A DNA stretch of 64,000 bases from Dehalococcoidia bacterium (GCA_965220655.1 CBDCQO010000007.1:15356-79355); one strand, 5' to 3'. Numbered from the stretch's first letter, positions 8,881-19,978 are shown. Program-made: numbers and translations. Notes: a model not told the origin generated them from the sequence alone.

Positions 8881-9554
8881 GCGTCCTCCGTCACGAATCT
8901 GTAGCCGCCGCCGTAGACGGTCTGGATGGGCTGTCTGCCGTCCCGGCTGATCTGCTTCCGCAGGCGGGCGACCTGGCTGTCGATGGCGCGGTCGAACCCT
9001 TCGAACTCGTCGTTGAAGGCCAGCGAGATCAGCTGGTCGCGGGTGAGTAATTGATTGGGGTGGCGCATGAACGTCGACAGCAGGGCGGTCTGCCCCTGGC
9101 TCAGCGTTACGGGCTCCTCATCGACGGTCACGACTCCAGTGGTCTCGTTCAGGGTGATGTTGCCGCGCGTCAGCACCTGCTGCACCTTGCCTTTGACGCG
9201 GCGGAGTACTGCCTCGGCGCGTGCGATGACCTCGTCGGGATCGAAGGGCTTGATGATGTAGTCGTCGGCGCCGCTGTCCAGTCCAGTGATGCGTTCGACG
9301 GGGGCCTCCCTGGCCGTCAGCATGATGATCGGGATGTCCGACTCCCGGCGCAGTATCCGGCACAGCTCCACCCCGTCGAGGCGGGGCAGCATCAGGTCGA
9401 GGATGATCAGGTCCGGGGCGAGGTCGCGGGCCAGCGCCAGGCCGGATTCTCCGTCGTGAGTGACCTCAGCGGAGAATCCGGCGCGTTCGAAGTACACCCT
9501 GACCCAGTTCGCGATCCTCGTGTCGTCTTCGACGATCAGTACGGTGCCGCTCAT
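8877..9554 (-). CDS. OmpR-family response regulator
   Basis: ATG at 9554 with GAGGAG 6 nt upstream (MSGTVLIVEDD...). Receiver motifs are LIILDLMLPRLDG and DYIIKPF. The winged helix has LSQGQTALLSTFMRHPNQLLTRDQL...VYGGGYRF. Confidence 0.9.
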   Translation of the reverse strand: MSGTVLIVEDDTRIANWVRVYFERAGFSAEVTHDGESGLALARDLAPDLIILDLMLPRLDGVELCRILRRESDIPIIMLTAREAPVERITGLDSGADDYIIKPFDPDEVIARAEAVLRRVKGKVQQVLTRGNITLNETTGVVTVDEEPVTLSQGQTALLSTFMRHPNQLLTRDQLISLAFNDEFEGFDRAIDSQVARLRKQISRDGRQPIQTVYGGGYRFVTEDA

Positions 9555-9656
9555 CGCTGCTCCTCTCAGAGCCACGTTGGACGCGGCGCCAGAAGAGGCG
9601 CCGCGTCCGTCTGCGGGATGCTCCGTGGTCGGATTATATCCGGCCACGGCCGGCTC

Positions 9657-11201
9657 TTAGCCGCTGCCCCGTTCGCCGCTGGAGCCGTGCTCGCCGCCGC
9701 TTCCTTCACCGCCCCCGCTGCCGGAGCCGTGCTCACCGCCGCCTTCGCCACCGCCGGACCCGCTGCCGTGTTCGCCGCCGGACTCGCCGCCGCCAACCTC
9801 GGCATGCGCCACCCATCCGGTGAACGACGCCCGCGTGGAGGGCAGGAAGACCAGTTCCACGTCGCCCGGAGCCAGGTCTATCTGGGGTGTCGGACCGAGC
9901 TCCGTCCCGTTGCTGAGGTGTACCTCGATCCTGACGTCGGTCAGCACGCCGCCGGTCGTGTTCTCCACCGTGCCCAGGAAGGCGTTGGCGGAGGCGTTGT
10001 AGTTCAGGATCAGCCGTGCGCCGCTGCGGACCGCGTCGAAGGTCTGGTCCGGGGCCAGCATGGCCGTGGTGCCTTCTTCGCTGCTGCTGCCGCCTTCAGC
10101 GCCCTTGCTACCGGAGCCTTCGCTGCCGCCTTCGCCGCCGGGGCCGTGACCCTCGCCGCCTGCGCCTTCGCCGCTGCCGCCCTCAGCGCCCTCGCCGCCG
10201 GTGTGGGGCATGGGGCCGGGGCCGGCGCAGTCGAACACTTCCATGTGGACGACATACCCGTCGAACGACACGCCCGCGAGGCTGGGCTCACTGGTGACGG
10301 ACACGCTGGACACTGCCTGCTGTCCGGGGTTCAGGTCCCCCAGCACGTCGGGCCCCAGTTCGCCCACGGTCTGCGTCCCGGACTTCAGGTGCGGTTCCGC
10401 CTGCACGTAGCAGAGCTTCTGCGAGAGCGTGTTCCGCACCGTCGCCTGGACGGCCTGGGTTGCGGCGTCGTACCGCGCGGAGATTGCCAGCCCGCCGAGA
10501 ACGCCGTTCCACGGCAGGTCGAGCGGAGTGATCGGGCTGGACATGGCTGCTTCGCGGGCAGCTTCGCCGGCGGACTCGCCGCCGCCCTCACTGCCGCCTT
10601 CGCCGCCGGGACCGTGCCCCTCGCCGCCGGCGCCCTCGGCGCCGCCTTCGCCCCCGGACTCGCCGGACTGGCCACCCTCGCCGCTGCCAACCTCCGCGTG
10701 TGCCACCCACCCGGTGAACGTCTGCGAGAACGGCAGGCTGACCGCTGCCACCTGGCCGGGGGCCAGGTCTGTCGGGGTCGTCGGGCCGAGTTCCGGTCCG
10801 TTGGTGACGTGCACTTCGATCCTGACTCTGGTCAGGGTGCTGTTGGTCGTGTTCTCGACGGTGCCGACGAAGGCGCCGGCCGCAGCGTCGTAGTTCATGA
10901 CCAGCCGCGCGCCGCCGCGGACCGCGTCGAAGGTCTGGTCCGGCGCAAGCGCTACGGCGCTGGCCTCTTCGCCACCGCCGCTGCCCTCGGCGCCTTCACT
11001 GCCTTCGCCACCGGAGCCTTCGCCGCCGGCCCCGTGCTCGCCGCCGCTGCGCTCAGAGACCTCGCTCACCGCCCCGCGCTCGGAGTCCCCGCCTTCGGGG
11101 CCCCGCTCGCCGGCGCAGCCGACGAAGACTGCCGTCAGGAACATGGCCACCAGGGCCATCGCTACCAGGAACTTTGCTATGAGTTTCTTGCGGATCATCA
11201 T
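9657..11201 (-). CDS. Lipoprotein with three repeated ~90-105-aa domains separated by Gly/Glu/Ser/His-rich linkers (putative metal-binding envelope protein)
   Basis: ATG at 11201 lies 5 nt after GGAGG. Signal peptide and lipobox: MMIRKKLIAKFLVAMALVAMFLTAVFVGC. Domains 1 and 3 are near-duplicates (LAPDQTFDAVR.GARL..NY.A...F.GTVENTT...LT.VRIEVH..NG.ELGPT...DLAPG.V......S...FTGWVAHAEVG). Domain 2 is divergent and ends GYVVHMEVF. The linkers repeat GGEGHGPGGEGGSEG. The C-terminal tail has three GGEHGS units. Confidence 0.85.
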   Translation of the reverse strand: MMIRKKLIAKFLVAMALVAMFLTAVFVGCAGERGPEGGDSERGAVSEVSERSGGEHGAGGEGSGGEGSEGAEGSGGGEEASAVALAPDQTFDAVRGGARLVMNYDAAAGAFVGTVENTTNSTLTRVRIEVHVTNGPELGPTTPTDLAPGQVAAVSLPFSQTFTGWVAHAEVGSGEGGQSGESGGEGGAEGAGGEGHGPGGEGGSEGGGESAGEAAREAAMSSPITPLDLPWNGVLGGLAISARYDAATQAVQATVRNTLSQKLCYVQAEPHLKSGTQTVGELGPDVLGDLNPGQQAVSSVSVTSEPSLAGVSFDGYVVHMEVFDCAGPGPMPHTGGEGAEGGSGEGAGGEGHGPGGEGGSEGSGSKGAEGGSSSEEGTTAMLAPDQTFDAVRSGARLILNYNASANAFLGTVENTTGGVLTDVRIEVHLSNGTELGPTPQIDLAPGDVELVFLPSTRASFTGWVAHAEVGGGESGGEHGSGSGGGEGGGEHGSGSGGGEGSGGEHGSSGERGSG

Positions 11202-11302
11202 TTCACCTCCTTCGTGAGAGATCCGTGACAACCCTCACGATAGGAGTGAAATGTGGCAGGAATATGTCGCGGGGCAGCAGTTTTCTGTGCCCCCAGCCCC
11301 TG

Positions 11303-12280
11303 CTAGCTGTCCAGCGCCCCTGCCGCGATCAACCCCGCGAACGGCTGCTTCTGTGGGGTCATGCCGTGCTCGACGGCGAAAGTCTGGACGAGGTCGATGG
11401 CCGCCGCGTTGGCGGCGAGGCCGTAGGCGTAGGGGTTGTCGCCGAACGTCTCGCGCTGGCGCTCCATCATCTCCCGCGCGAAGACGAGGGCTGACGGCGG
11501 CTCCTTCATCGCGCGCTCCATCGTCAGCCGTTGCGCCTCGACGAATGCGTCGAGCAGGCTCTTCGCCGCCCACGGGTGTGCGTCGAGCATGCTCTTGCGG
11601 ACGATGGTCGCGTGATGGGCGGGAAAGATGCCCGTCCTGGCGTAGTAACGCTCCGACTCCGCGACGCCGTCGGCAAACAGCGGAACGAAACGTGAGCGGT
11701 CAGCCAGCGGGCCGCTCGCGGGCGGATGGACCGAATACATCGCATCGAGCGCGCCGTCGGCCATCATCTGTTCGAGGTCGTTGGGCGGCGGGTTGATCAC
11801 GACTCCCTCCGGCGGACGGAAGGGCTCCGTCTGGCCGGGGATGGCGGGGTCCGGCCTGCCCTGGAACCACTCGACGTCGCGTGGGGCGACGCCGAACTCG
11901 TGCTCCAGGATGCCTCGCGTCCAGAGCGCCGCCGTCATCTGGTAATCGACGACGCCAACGCGCTTACCGGCCATGTCCTCGGGGTGGTCCTGCCGGATGC
12001 CTGAGCCGAGGCGGATCATGGTGTTCACGTAGGAGAAGGTGCGGTTGTGGAAGACGGGCAGGACGCGGTAGTCCCAGCCCAGCGGGATGGCCTGCAGCGT
12101 GAAGGACATGGACATCTCGGATATGTCGAACTCGTTGCCCTGGAGCTGGCGGCGCCAGATGTCCTGGAGCGGTATGTCGTGGTGCTCCAGCGTCACGCCC
12201 TCAGGCTTCACCTCGCTGGTCAGAAGTGGGCCGATGCGGTCCCAGGGGGTCATCGCCATCGTCAGTTTCAGGTCGGGCAT
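11303..12280 (-). CDS. 4,5-dihydroxyphthalate decarboxylase-like protein (periplasmic-binding-protein fold, cytoplasmic)
   Basis: 325 aa with no signal peptide. Motifs FDISEMSMSF, LPVFHNRTFSY and GIRQDHPEDMAGKRVGVVDYQMTAALW are shared with the paralogue at 29930..30982. The family assignment is from memory of similar annotated proteins. Confidence 0.65.
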   Translation of the reverse strand: MPDLKLTMAMTPWDRIGPLLTSEVKPEGVTLEHHDIPLQDIWRRQLQGNEFDISEMSMSFTLQAIPLGWDYRVLPVFHNRTFSYVNTMIRLGSGIRQDHPEDMAGKRVGVVDYQMTAALWTRGILEHEFGVAPRDVEWFQGRPDPAIPGQTEPFRPPEGVVINPPPNDLEQMMADGALDAMYSVHPPASGPLADRSRFVPLFADGVAESERYYARTGIFPAHHATIVRKSMLDAHPWAAKSLLDAFVEAQRLTMERAMKEPPSALVFAREMMERQRETFGDNPYAYGLAANAAAIDLVQTFAVEHGMTPQKQPFAGLIAAGALDS

Positions 12281-12383
12281 GGTTGGTTACCTCACTGCTG
12301 CGTAGGCGAATCCTATCTTCTCGAGCACCCGCCGGCACCCGCCCATCCCTTACGCTCGGATTTGCTCTGCGCCGCTATGTGTC

Positions 12384-12412
12384 TTGACGCTGGTGATAGA
12401 GTAACCTAGTCT
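12384..12412 (+). promoter_or_regulatory. Candidate sigma-70-type promoter and operator of the Phd/VapC pair
   Basis: TTGACG (12384-12389), 17-nt spacer, TAGTCT (12407-12412). The -10 region overlaps a direct repeat CTAGTC(T/A)G (12406-12413 and 12418-12425). It lies 34 nt upstream of the antitoxin ATG. Confidence 0.4.
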
Positions 12413-12445
12413 GATAACTAGTCAGGTATGGGAGCCGGAACCGAC

Positions 12446-12706
12446 ATGAGCAAGAGATGGCCTGTACAAGATGCCAAGGCGCGGTTCAGCGAGCTTCTCG
12501 AAACCGCCTGTGCCGAAGGGCCTCAGATCGTGACCAGGCGGGGTGTGGAAACTGCCGTGCTTCTCCCGATCGAGCGATGGCGGAGGCTGGAGCAGATGAC
12601 CAAACCGGACTTGAAGGACCTGCTCCTGGACTCAGACGCGCGGACCGAGAACCTCACGCCGCCGCGCGGACAGCTTCGCCACCGTACGCCCCACGCTGTG
12701 GAGTAG
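12446..12706 (+). CDS. Type II antitoxin, Phd/YefM family
   Basis: MSKRWPVQDAKARFSELLETACAEGPQIVTRRGVETAVLLPIERWRRL matches the Phd/YefM N-terminal pattern. It lies immediately upstream of a PIN toxin (4-nt gap). Confidence 0.8.
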   Translation: MSKRWPVQDAKARFSELLETACAEGPQIVTRRGVETAVLLPIERWRRLEQMTKPDLKDLLLDSDARTENLTPPRGQLRHRTPHAVE

Positions 12707-12710
12707 ATCG

Positions 12711-13130
12711 GTGTACCTTCTCGACACCAACGTCGTCTCGGAGCTGCGCCGCCCCCGTCCCCATGGCGCTGTTCTGGATTGGATTGCAGGCGTACCGGGT
12801 GAACAACTCTTCGTTTCTGCTGTTACGGTCGGAGAGATACAGGCGGGGCTCGAGATAACCCGTGAACAGGATGAACCGAAGGCAGAGGAGATCGAAGCCT
12901 GGCTGGACAGGGTGCTGGCCTCTTACGGCGTGTTACCGATGGACGCGCCAGCTTTCCGGGAGTGGGCGCGTCTCATGCACCGGAGGTCGGACACCATGAG
13001 CGAAGATGCCATGATCGCAGCGACGGCCATCGTGCACCGGCTGACTGTGGTCACTCGTAACACAGGCGACTTTTCGCAGTTCGGTGTGGAACTTCACAAT
13101 CCCTGGCTGGACGGCCAACCACCCGTGTGA
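12711..13130 (+). CDS. vapC: Type II toxin, PIN-domain ribonuclease VapC (FitB-like)
   Basis: GTG start. PIN acidic residues occur in LLDTNVVSE, EI, DAMIAATA and VVTRNTGDF. 139 aa. Confidence 0.85.
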   Translation: MYLLDTNVVSELRRPRPHGAVLDWIAGVPGEQLFVSAVTVGEIQAGLEITREQDEPKAEEIEAWLDRVLASYGVLPMDAPAFREWARLMHRRSDTMSEDAMIAATAIVHRLTVVTRNTGDFSQFGVELHNPWLDGQPPV

Positions 13131-13237
13131 TGCACACCCGTCCCATCTTCTGGCCTGATATACTCCGCTGCGGCGCGCGGCCGGGCGCTCAGCGTACGGC
13201 CGGAATGAACGCGAATCCCATTCAGCAGAGGTGAAAC

Positions 13238-13627
13238 ATGGCGAGGAAGGTGATTCACATCCCTGGCAACTGGCACGCCGGTCAGCCCATCCCTCCGGCC
13301 ACCAAGACGGGGCCCATCGTGACCTCAGGCGGCGTCAGCGGACTCAATCCCGACACCAACGAGATGCCGACCGACCTGGCGGAGCAGGCGCAGTGGGCGT
13401 TCGAGCACGTCCGCCGCATCGTGACCGAGGCCGGCGGCACGACGGACGACATCGCGCACATGAACGTCTACGTGAAGAGCCGCGACATCCGACCGCTCGT
13501 GAACGAGCAGTGGATCGCCATGTTCCCGGACGAGGAGAACCGCCCGACGCGTCACACTATCCAGTACGACGCGCTCGCGGGCGGCATGGAGATGCAGATC
13601 CAGTTCATCGCGTACGTCGGCGGATAG
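13238..13627 (+). CDS. RidA/YjgF/L-PSP family enamine/imine deaminase-like protein
   Basis: 129 aa. TSGGVSGLNPDTNEMPTDLAEQAQWAFEHVRRIV...HMNVYV is the typical RidA pattern. Confidence 0.75.
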   Translation: MARKVIHIPGNWHAGQPIPPATKTGPIVTSGGVSGLNPDTNEMPTDLAEQAQWAFEHVRRIVTEAGGTTDDIAHMNVYVKSRDIRPLVNEQWIAMFPDEENRPTRHTIQYDALAGGMEMQIQFIAYVGG

Positions 13628-13655
13628 CTTCCGGCGGCAGGGGGGAGAGGAAGCG

Positions 13656-14312
13656 ATGGCAGTTGACACGTGGGTTGAGCGGCTGCGCGAGCTGGACACC
13701 TGCGCCGTCTCGGACGCGCAGGACAAGCTCGGCATCAAGGGCACCGTCCTCGGCATCCTGCCGTTGTACGAGACGGGGCGGATCGCCGGGCGCGCCGTAA
13801 CCTTCAAGTTGAAGACGAAAGGTAACGAGACCACGACGCGCCACCTCGGCACGTCCGCCGTCGAGGCCTCCGATCCGGGCGACATCATCGTCTGCGACCA
13901 TCGGGGCAGGACGGACGTGGCGGGCTGGGGCGGCATCTTGTCGACGGCGGCGAAGACGCGCGGCGTCGCGGGAGTCATCATCGACGGCGCGTCGCGCGAC
14001 GTGGACGAGGCGAAGGGCCTCGGCCTGCCGCTGTTCGCGCGGGCGGCGGTGCCGCTCACGGCGCGGGGTCGCGTCGTCGAGGAGTCCACGAACGAGCCTA
14101 TCGAGATAGGCGGCGTGAGCCTCGCGCCCGGCGACTACGTCATTGCCGACAACAGCGGCATCGTCATCGTGCCGCAGGACCGCGTTGCCGAGGTCGTGCC
14201 CGAGGCGGAGAGCATCGTCGCGCGTGAGCAGGCGATGGCCCGCGATGTGATGAACGGCAAGTCGGTCGTGGAAGTGATGGGGATCAACTACGAGCAGATG
14301 CTCGCACGCTAG
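13656..14312 (+). CDS. RraA-family protein (4-hydroxy-4-methyl-2-oxoglutarate / 4-carboxy-4-hydroxy-2-oxoadipate aldolase-like)
   Basis: 218 aa with the RraA-fold pattern: TCAVSDAQDKLG..., GWGGILSTAAKTRGVAGVIIDGASRD, GDYVIADNSGIVIVP. Confidence 0.75.
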   Translation: MAVDTWVERLRELDTCAVSDAQDKLGIKGTVLGILPLYETGRIAGRAVTFKLKTKGNETTTRHLGTSAVEASDPGDIIVCDHRGRTDVAGWGGILSTAAKTRGVAGVIIDGASRDVDEAKGLGLPLFARAAVPLTARGRVVEESTNEPIEIGGVSLAPGDYVIADNSGIVIVPQDRVAEVVPEAESIVAREQAMARDVMNGKSVVEVMGINYEQMLAR

Positions 14313-14323
14313 GAGGAGCAGTA

Positions 14324-14971
14324 ATGACACAGACACTCACTCGTCCGGATGCCGCACTGATCGAGGCGGTACGAGGCATCGGGACCGCGACGCTCCATGA
14401 GGCCGGAGGCCAGATCGGCGCGCTGCCGTCCTACATCAAGCCGGTCGTGCAGAACTGGTACATATGCGGCCCGGCGATGACCGTGCTTTCGCCCCCGAAG
14501 GACAACCTGTGGCTGCACCGCGGCATCTACCACGCCCAGCCGGGGGACGTGATGGTCGTGGACACCGGCCATTTCCACGAGGCCGGGTATTGGGGCGAGA
14601 TCATGACGCACGCCGCGAAGCAGGTCGGCATGGCCGGTCTCGTGATAGACGGCTGCGTGCGCGACGGCTCCCTCTTGGACGAACTGTATGAGAGCGGGGA
14701 GGGCATACCTGTGTTCTCCGCCGGGCTCTGCATCAGGGGCACGGGCAAGGACAAGGAGGCCTACGGCGCCATCAATATCCCCATCCGCATCGGCGAGATA
14801 TGGGTTTTCCCCGGCGACCTCATTGTGGGCGACCGAGACGGCGTCGTCGTCGTGCCGCAGGCGCGCATCGCTGAGGTAACGGAAAAAGCCAAGGCTCGCG
14901 AGGAGAAGGAAGCGAACACCATCGCTCGCCTCAAGCAGGGCGAGCGCACGGTGGACATGTACGGCTTCTAG
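14324..14971 (+). CDS. Second RraA-family aldolase-like protein (tandem paralogue)
   Basis: 215 aa: TATLHEAGG, YWGEIMTHAAKQVGMAGLVIDGCVRD, GDLIVGDRDGVVVVP. Confidence 0.75.
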   Translation: MTQTLTRPDAALIEAVRGIGTATLHEAGGQIGALPSYIKPVVQNWYICGPAMTVLSPPKDNLWLHRGIYHAQPGDVMVVDTGHFHEAGYWGEIMTHAAKQVGMAGLVIDGCVRDGSLLDELYESGEGIPVFSAGLCIRGTGKDKEAYGAINIPIRIGEIWVFPGDLIVGDRDGVVVVPQARIAEVTEKAKAREEKEANTIARLKQGERTVDMYGF

Positions 14972-14998
14972 GGCTCGTTATCGACGAGGTTCCGCATC

Positions 14999-15028
14999 GA
15001 AGAGGCGGCGCACTGGCGCCGCCTCTTC
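14999..15028 (+). terminator. Stem-loop after the RraA pair (terminator-like)
   Basis: Perfect 13-bp stem GAAGAGGCGGCGC / GCGCCGCCTCTTC with a 4-nt loop ACTG, 28 nt after the stop at 14971. The trailing T-tract is weak (TGCGTT). Confidence 0.5.
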
Positions 15029-15108
15029 TGCGTTAACGCGCCTGCGTATCTCATTCCATCCGGGGTAATTGGGTGATACAAGCGGCTGACCCTTACGGGA
15101 GGTGTCGC

Positions 15109-15186
15109 ATGAACGCTAAGAAGATCATCATCGGCCTCGTCGTCATCGCCATCGTTGTCACGATCATCATCAACGTCGCCGGATAA
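15109..15186 (+). CDS. Possible 25-aa hydrophobic peptide
   Basis: ATG preceded by GGGAGG about 7 nt upstream. It encodes MNAKKIIIGLVVIAIVVTIIINVAG. It is below the ORF-track cutoff. Confidence 0.3.
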   Translation: MNAKKIIIGLVVIAIVVTIIINVAG

Positions 15187-15189
15187 GAC

Positions 15190-15723
15190 TCACTCCGGCG
15201 GCGGCAACACCACCGTCGCATCGCCGAGGAAGAGCGGCTCGCCGCGCAGCCCGCGCATGAACAGCTCGTGCGTGAGGTCGAGGTCGACACGGTTGTAGTC
15301 GACCAGCCGTTGCGGCGCATCGGCCCAGGCGCGCGCGTTCTGCCGGTGGTCCCACTGCACCTTCTCTTCACCGAAGGTGTAGTAGCAGAGCCTGTCCAGG
15401 CTGATGCGGCGTCCCGCAGCTTGCACGATCGCGATCATCAGGTCGTAATGCTGCTGCACGGTCAGGCTCAGCCCCAGCACGTCGCGCATCCAGCGGTCGA
15501 GGATGGGGATGTCGAAGCGCGCGCCGTTGAACGTGACGACGGGGCCGTCGAAGTTGACCACGAGGCTGTGCAATTGGGCGAGGCTCGCGGGCTCGGCGGT
15601 GTACATGCCGTAGAGCGTGCCCTGCCGCGTGCCGGTCAGGAGCAACCGGAACCCCTCCGGGAAGTTCTGCATCGAACCGCCTGACGTTTCGACGTCCAGT
15701 ACGAGGAAGTCTCCGGCATCCAT
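15190..15723 (-). CDS. RNase H-like 3'-5' exonuclease domain protein
   Basis: 177 aa. An Exo I-like LVLDVETSG is present, followed by TFNGARFDIPIL and a later NRVDLDL. Confidence 0.65.
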   Translation of the reverse strand: MDAGDFLVLDVETSGGSMQNFPEGFRLLLTGTRQGTLYGMYTAEPASLAQLHSLVVNFDGPVVTFNGARFDIPILDRWMRDVLGLSLTVQQHYDLMIAIVQAAGRRISLDRLCYYTFGEEKVQWDHRQNARAWADAPQRLVDYNRVDLDLTHELFMRGLRGEPLFLGDATVVLPPPE

Positions 15724-15799
15724 AACGGCTCGTCAGGATAGCGCAGCGGGCGGGTGCGTTGTCCCTTCTCTCCCGGAGAGAGGAGTAGGGCGGGATGGG

Positions 15800-17203
15800 C
15801 TACCGGGACGCGCCCTGCTGGAGAGGGTCGTCTTCAGGACGGGCCTCATCCTCGGACGACTCGTCCGCAGCCTCCGGCGCAGGTTCACCGGCTACGGCCA
15901 CGGGGGCGTCAGGAGCAGGCTCTGGTTCCTCCTCCGGTTCCTGCGGAAGTTCCGGCTCCGGCGGCTCCGGGAAATCGGACTCACCGTTGGCCTGGGTTGC
16001 CTCCAACTCGGCGAGCGCTTCCGCTGCTGCCATCGCTTCCAGTGCAGCCAGCGCCTCTTCTTCGGCGATCGCCCTCGACTCGGCTTCCCTCGTGGATGCT
16101 TCCCTGTTCTCCAGGATGCGGCGCTGCTCCTCTGCCTCCCGCCGCGTCCGGATGACCATTCCGTAGTGCACCGCAAGCGTGTAGATGACGCCCATGGTCG
16201 GCACGCCGAGGAGCGCTCCCGTGATGCCTGCGAGCCGCGCGCCGAGCACCACCGCGATGACGACGAGCATGGCGGGCATACGGACCGCGCTCCCCAGGAT
16301 GCGCGGGCTGAGGATGTTGAGCATGACCTGCTGGATGAACAGCAGCACCAGCAGCACCGTGAGCAGTTTGACGAAGTCGCCCGAGAGGGCGGCGATGAGG
16401 AGCGGCAGGGCGAGCGCCAGCCAGTCTCCCACGAACGGCACCGCGAGCAGCAGGCTGGAGACGAGCGCGACGGGAAGCGCGGCGGGCAGGCCGGTTGCGA
16501 ACATGACCGAAGCGGTCCCGACGCCGTAGATGAGGGAGATGAGCATCATGCCCCTGAGGTAGCTGCGGAACGTCTCGTCGATCACTCCCAGGACGTACCG
16601 CGTCTCGCGCTCGGCGTTGCGGGGGAGCACCTTCAGCGCCTCGTTCAGGCGGCGCCCGCCGTCCAGCACGACGTAGAAGGAGATGACGGTTATCAACGAG
16701 ATGGCGAAGATGACGAAGACAACGTTCCCCAGGAGCCCGATGGCGTTGCTCGTGATGCTCTCCTGCAGGTTTGCGGCGATGCTTCCCAACTGGTCGACCT
16801 GGAGAAGAGTGGTGAGGTCGACCTGTATGTCGAACCCGGCAAGGTACTCCTCTGCCGCAGTGATGAACTCGGGGATCCGGTCGACGTAGTCGGGGATGAC
16901 CTCAGCCAGGTCGATGATCTGGGTGATCGTGGCGGGAATCACGAGGGCGCCGATGACCGAAACCACTGCGCCGAGCGCCAGGTAGACGATCAGGATGGCC
17001 AGCGGCCGCTTCATGCCGGGGATGCGCATGAGCCAGCGCACCGTGTGGATGATGAGCGAGCCGACGAGGTAGGCGAGGAAGAAGACGAGGATCAGGTCGC
17101 CAAGGAAGTCCCAGACCCGCCGCATGGTGTCGACGACGAAGATGATCGCGCTGAACGCGATGACGACGATGGCGGTTCTGAACCAGAAGTTGCGCTCTAG
17201 CAT
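15800..17203 (-). CDS. AI-2E family transporter (PerM/UPF0118) with a long acidic Pro/Glu-rich C-terminal tail
   Basis: 467 aa with multiple TM helices. Family-typical segments include SFYVVLDGGRRL and LLAVPFVGDWLALALP. The last ~115 aa are EAEEQRR...PEPPEPELPQEPEEEPEP. Confidence 0.8.
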   Translation of the reverse strand: MLERNFWFRTAIVVIAFSAIIFVVDTMRRVWDFLGDLILVFFLAYLVGSLIIHTVRWLMRIPGMKRPLAILIVYLALGAVVSVIGALVIPATITQIIDLAEVIPDYVDRIPEFITAAEEYLAGFDIQVDLTTLLQVDQLGSIAANLQESITSNAIGLLGNVVFVIFAISLITVISFYVVLDGGRRLNEALKVLPRNAERETRYVLGVIDETFRSYLRGMMLISLIYGVGTASVMFATGLPAALPVALVSSLLLAVPFVGDWLALALPLLIAALSGDFVKLLTVLLVLLFIQQVMLNILSPRILGSAVRMPAMLVVIAVVLGARLAGITGALLGVPTMGVIYTLAVHYGMVIRTRREAEEQRRILENREASTREAESRAIAEEEALAALEAMAAAEALAELEATQANGESDFPEPPEPELPQEPEEEPEPAPDAPVAVAGEPAPEAADESSEDEARPEDDPLQQGASR

Positions 17204-17284
17204 CTCAGCTCGGCGGCATTCTAACTGTTCCGGGGCGTTGGTGGAACGCGGGGACCCCTGGCAACGGATTATGCCGAGGGCTTG

Positions 17285-19330
<2,046 letters not shown>

Positions 19331-19342
19331 GACCCGCCTACG

Positions 19343-19969
19343 TTACACCATCGCCAGCAGCGCCATGACCGCCGCCGACACGAGGGGCACCGTGAGGTTG
19401 TCGTCGAGCGGGACCGGCGCAAGCTCCGTGAGCGCGGCCACGATCGCCCCCGGCACGAGCCACCACATGAGCGGCACGTCCGGGTGGAGCGTGGCGAGCA
19501 GCCCCGCCCCCAGCGCCGCGACCGCGAACGCCGCCGTGCCCGCGAGCGATTTCCCGAACCGCCGCGTCCGGTGGTCGCGCACGCCGATGAGCGCCGCGAA
19601 GGGGTCGCCGACCGACAGGAAGAGCATCGCCGTTACCGCGACCTCCTTCTCGAATACGAAGACGAGGAACGTGGCCGCCAGCCACATGAACGTCGCGCCG
19701 GTGACCTGCCGGTTCTCGGCTGCCTTGAAGAACGGCAGCGTGCGCACCATCCAGTCGTTGACGCCGCCCACGAGCCCGCGCAGCACCTCCAGCGCCACAG
19801 CGCCGAGGCTTCCCGCGATGAGCAGCCACTCCACCAGCTCGCGGGGCAGGAAGAGGATGCCGAGCGGCAGCATCGACCCCGCCACCAGGTGGAAGACGCG
19901 GCGCGGCCACAGCGACGGCGCGACCGGCGGCTCGTACAGGAACTCCGCGACCGGCTCGGGGAGCTTCAT
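19343..19969 (-). CDS. Polyprenol/phytol/dolichol kinase-like membrane protein (CTP-dependent kinase / CdsA superfamily)
   Basis: 208 aa and polytopic. The C-terminal motif SVGDPFAALIGVRDHRTRRFGKSLAGTAAF resembles the GDxxAxxxGxxxG...KSxxGS motif of phytol/dolichol kinases. Confidence 0.55.
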   Translation of the reverse strand: MKLPEPVAEFLYEPPVAPSLWPRRVFHLVAGSMLPLGILFLPRELVEWLLIAGSLGAVALEVLRGLVGGVNDWMVRTLPFFKAAENRQVTGATFMWLAATFLVFVFEKEVAVTAMLFLSVGDPFAALIGVRDHRTRRFGKSLAGTAAFAVAALGAGLLATLHPDVPLMWWLVPGAIVAALTELAPVPLDDNLTVPLVSAAVMALLAMV

Positions 19970-19978
19970 CGACGCCTG

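Noticed and set aside
9051-11228. 725-aa plus-strand ORF antisense to the regulator and the repeat lipoprotein
   Set aside because: It is an Ala/Gly low-complexity reflection of the Gly/Glu-rich linkers on the other strand. It has no start context, and it spans two real minus-strand genes.
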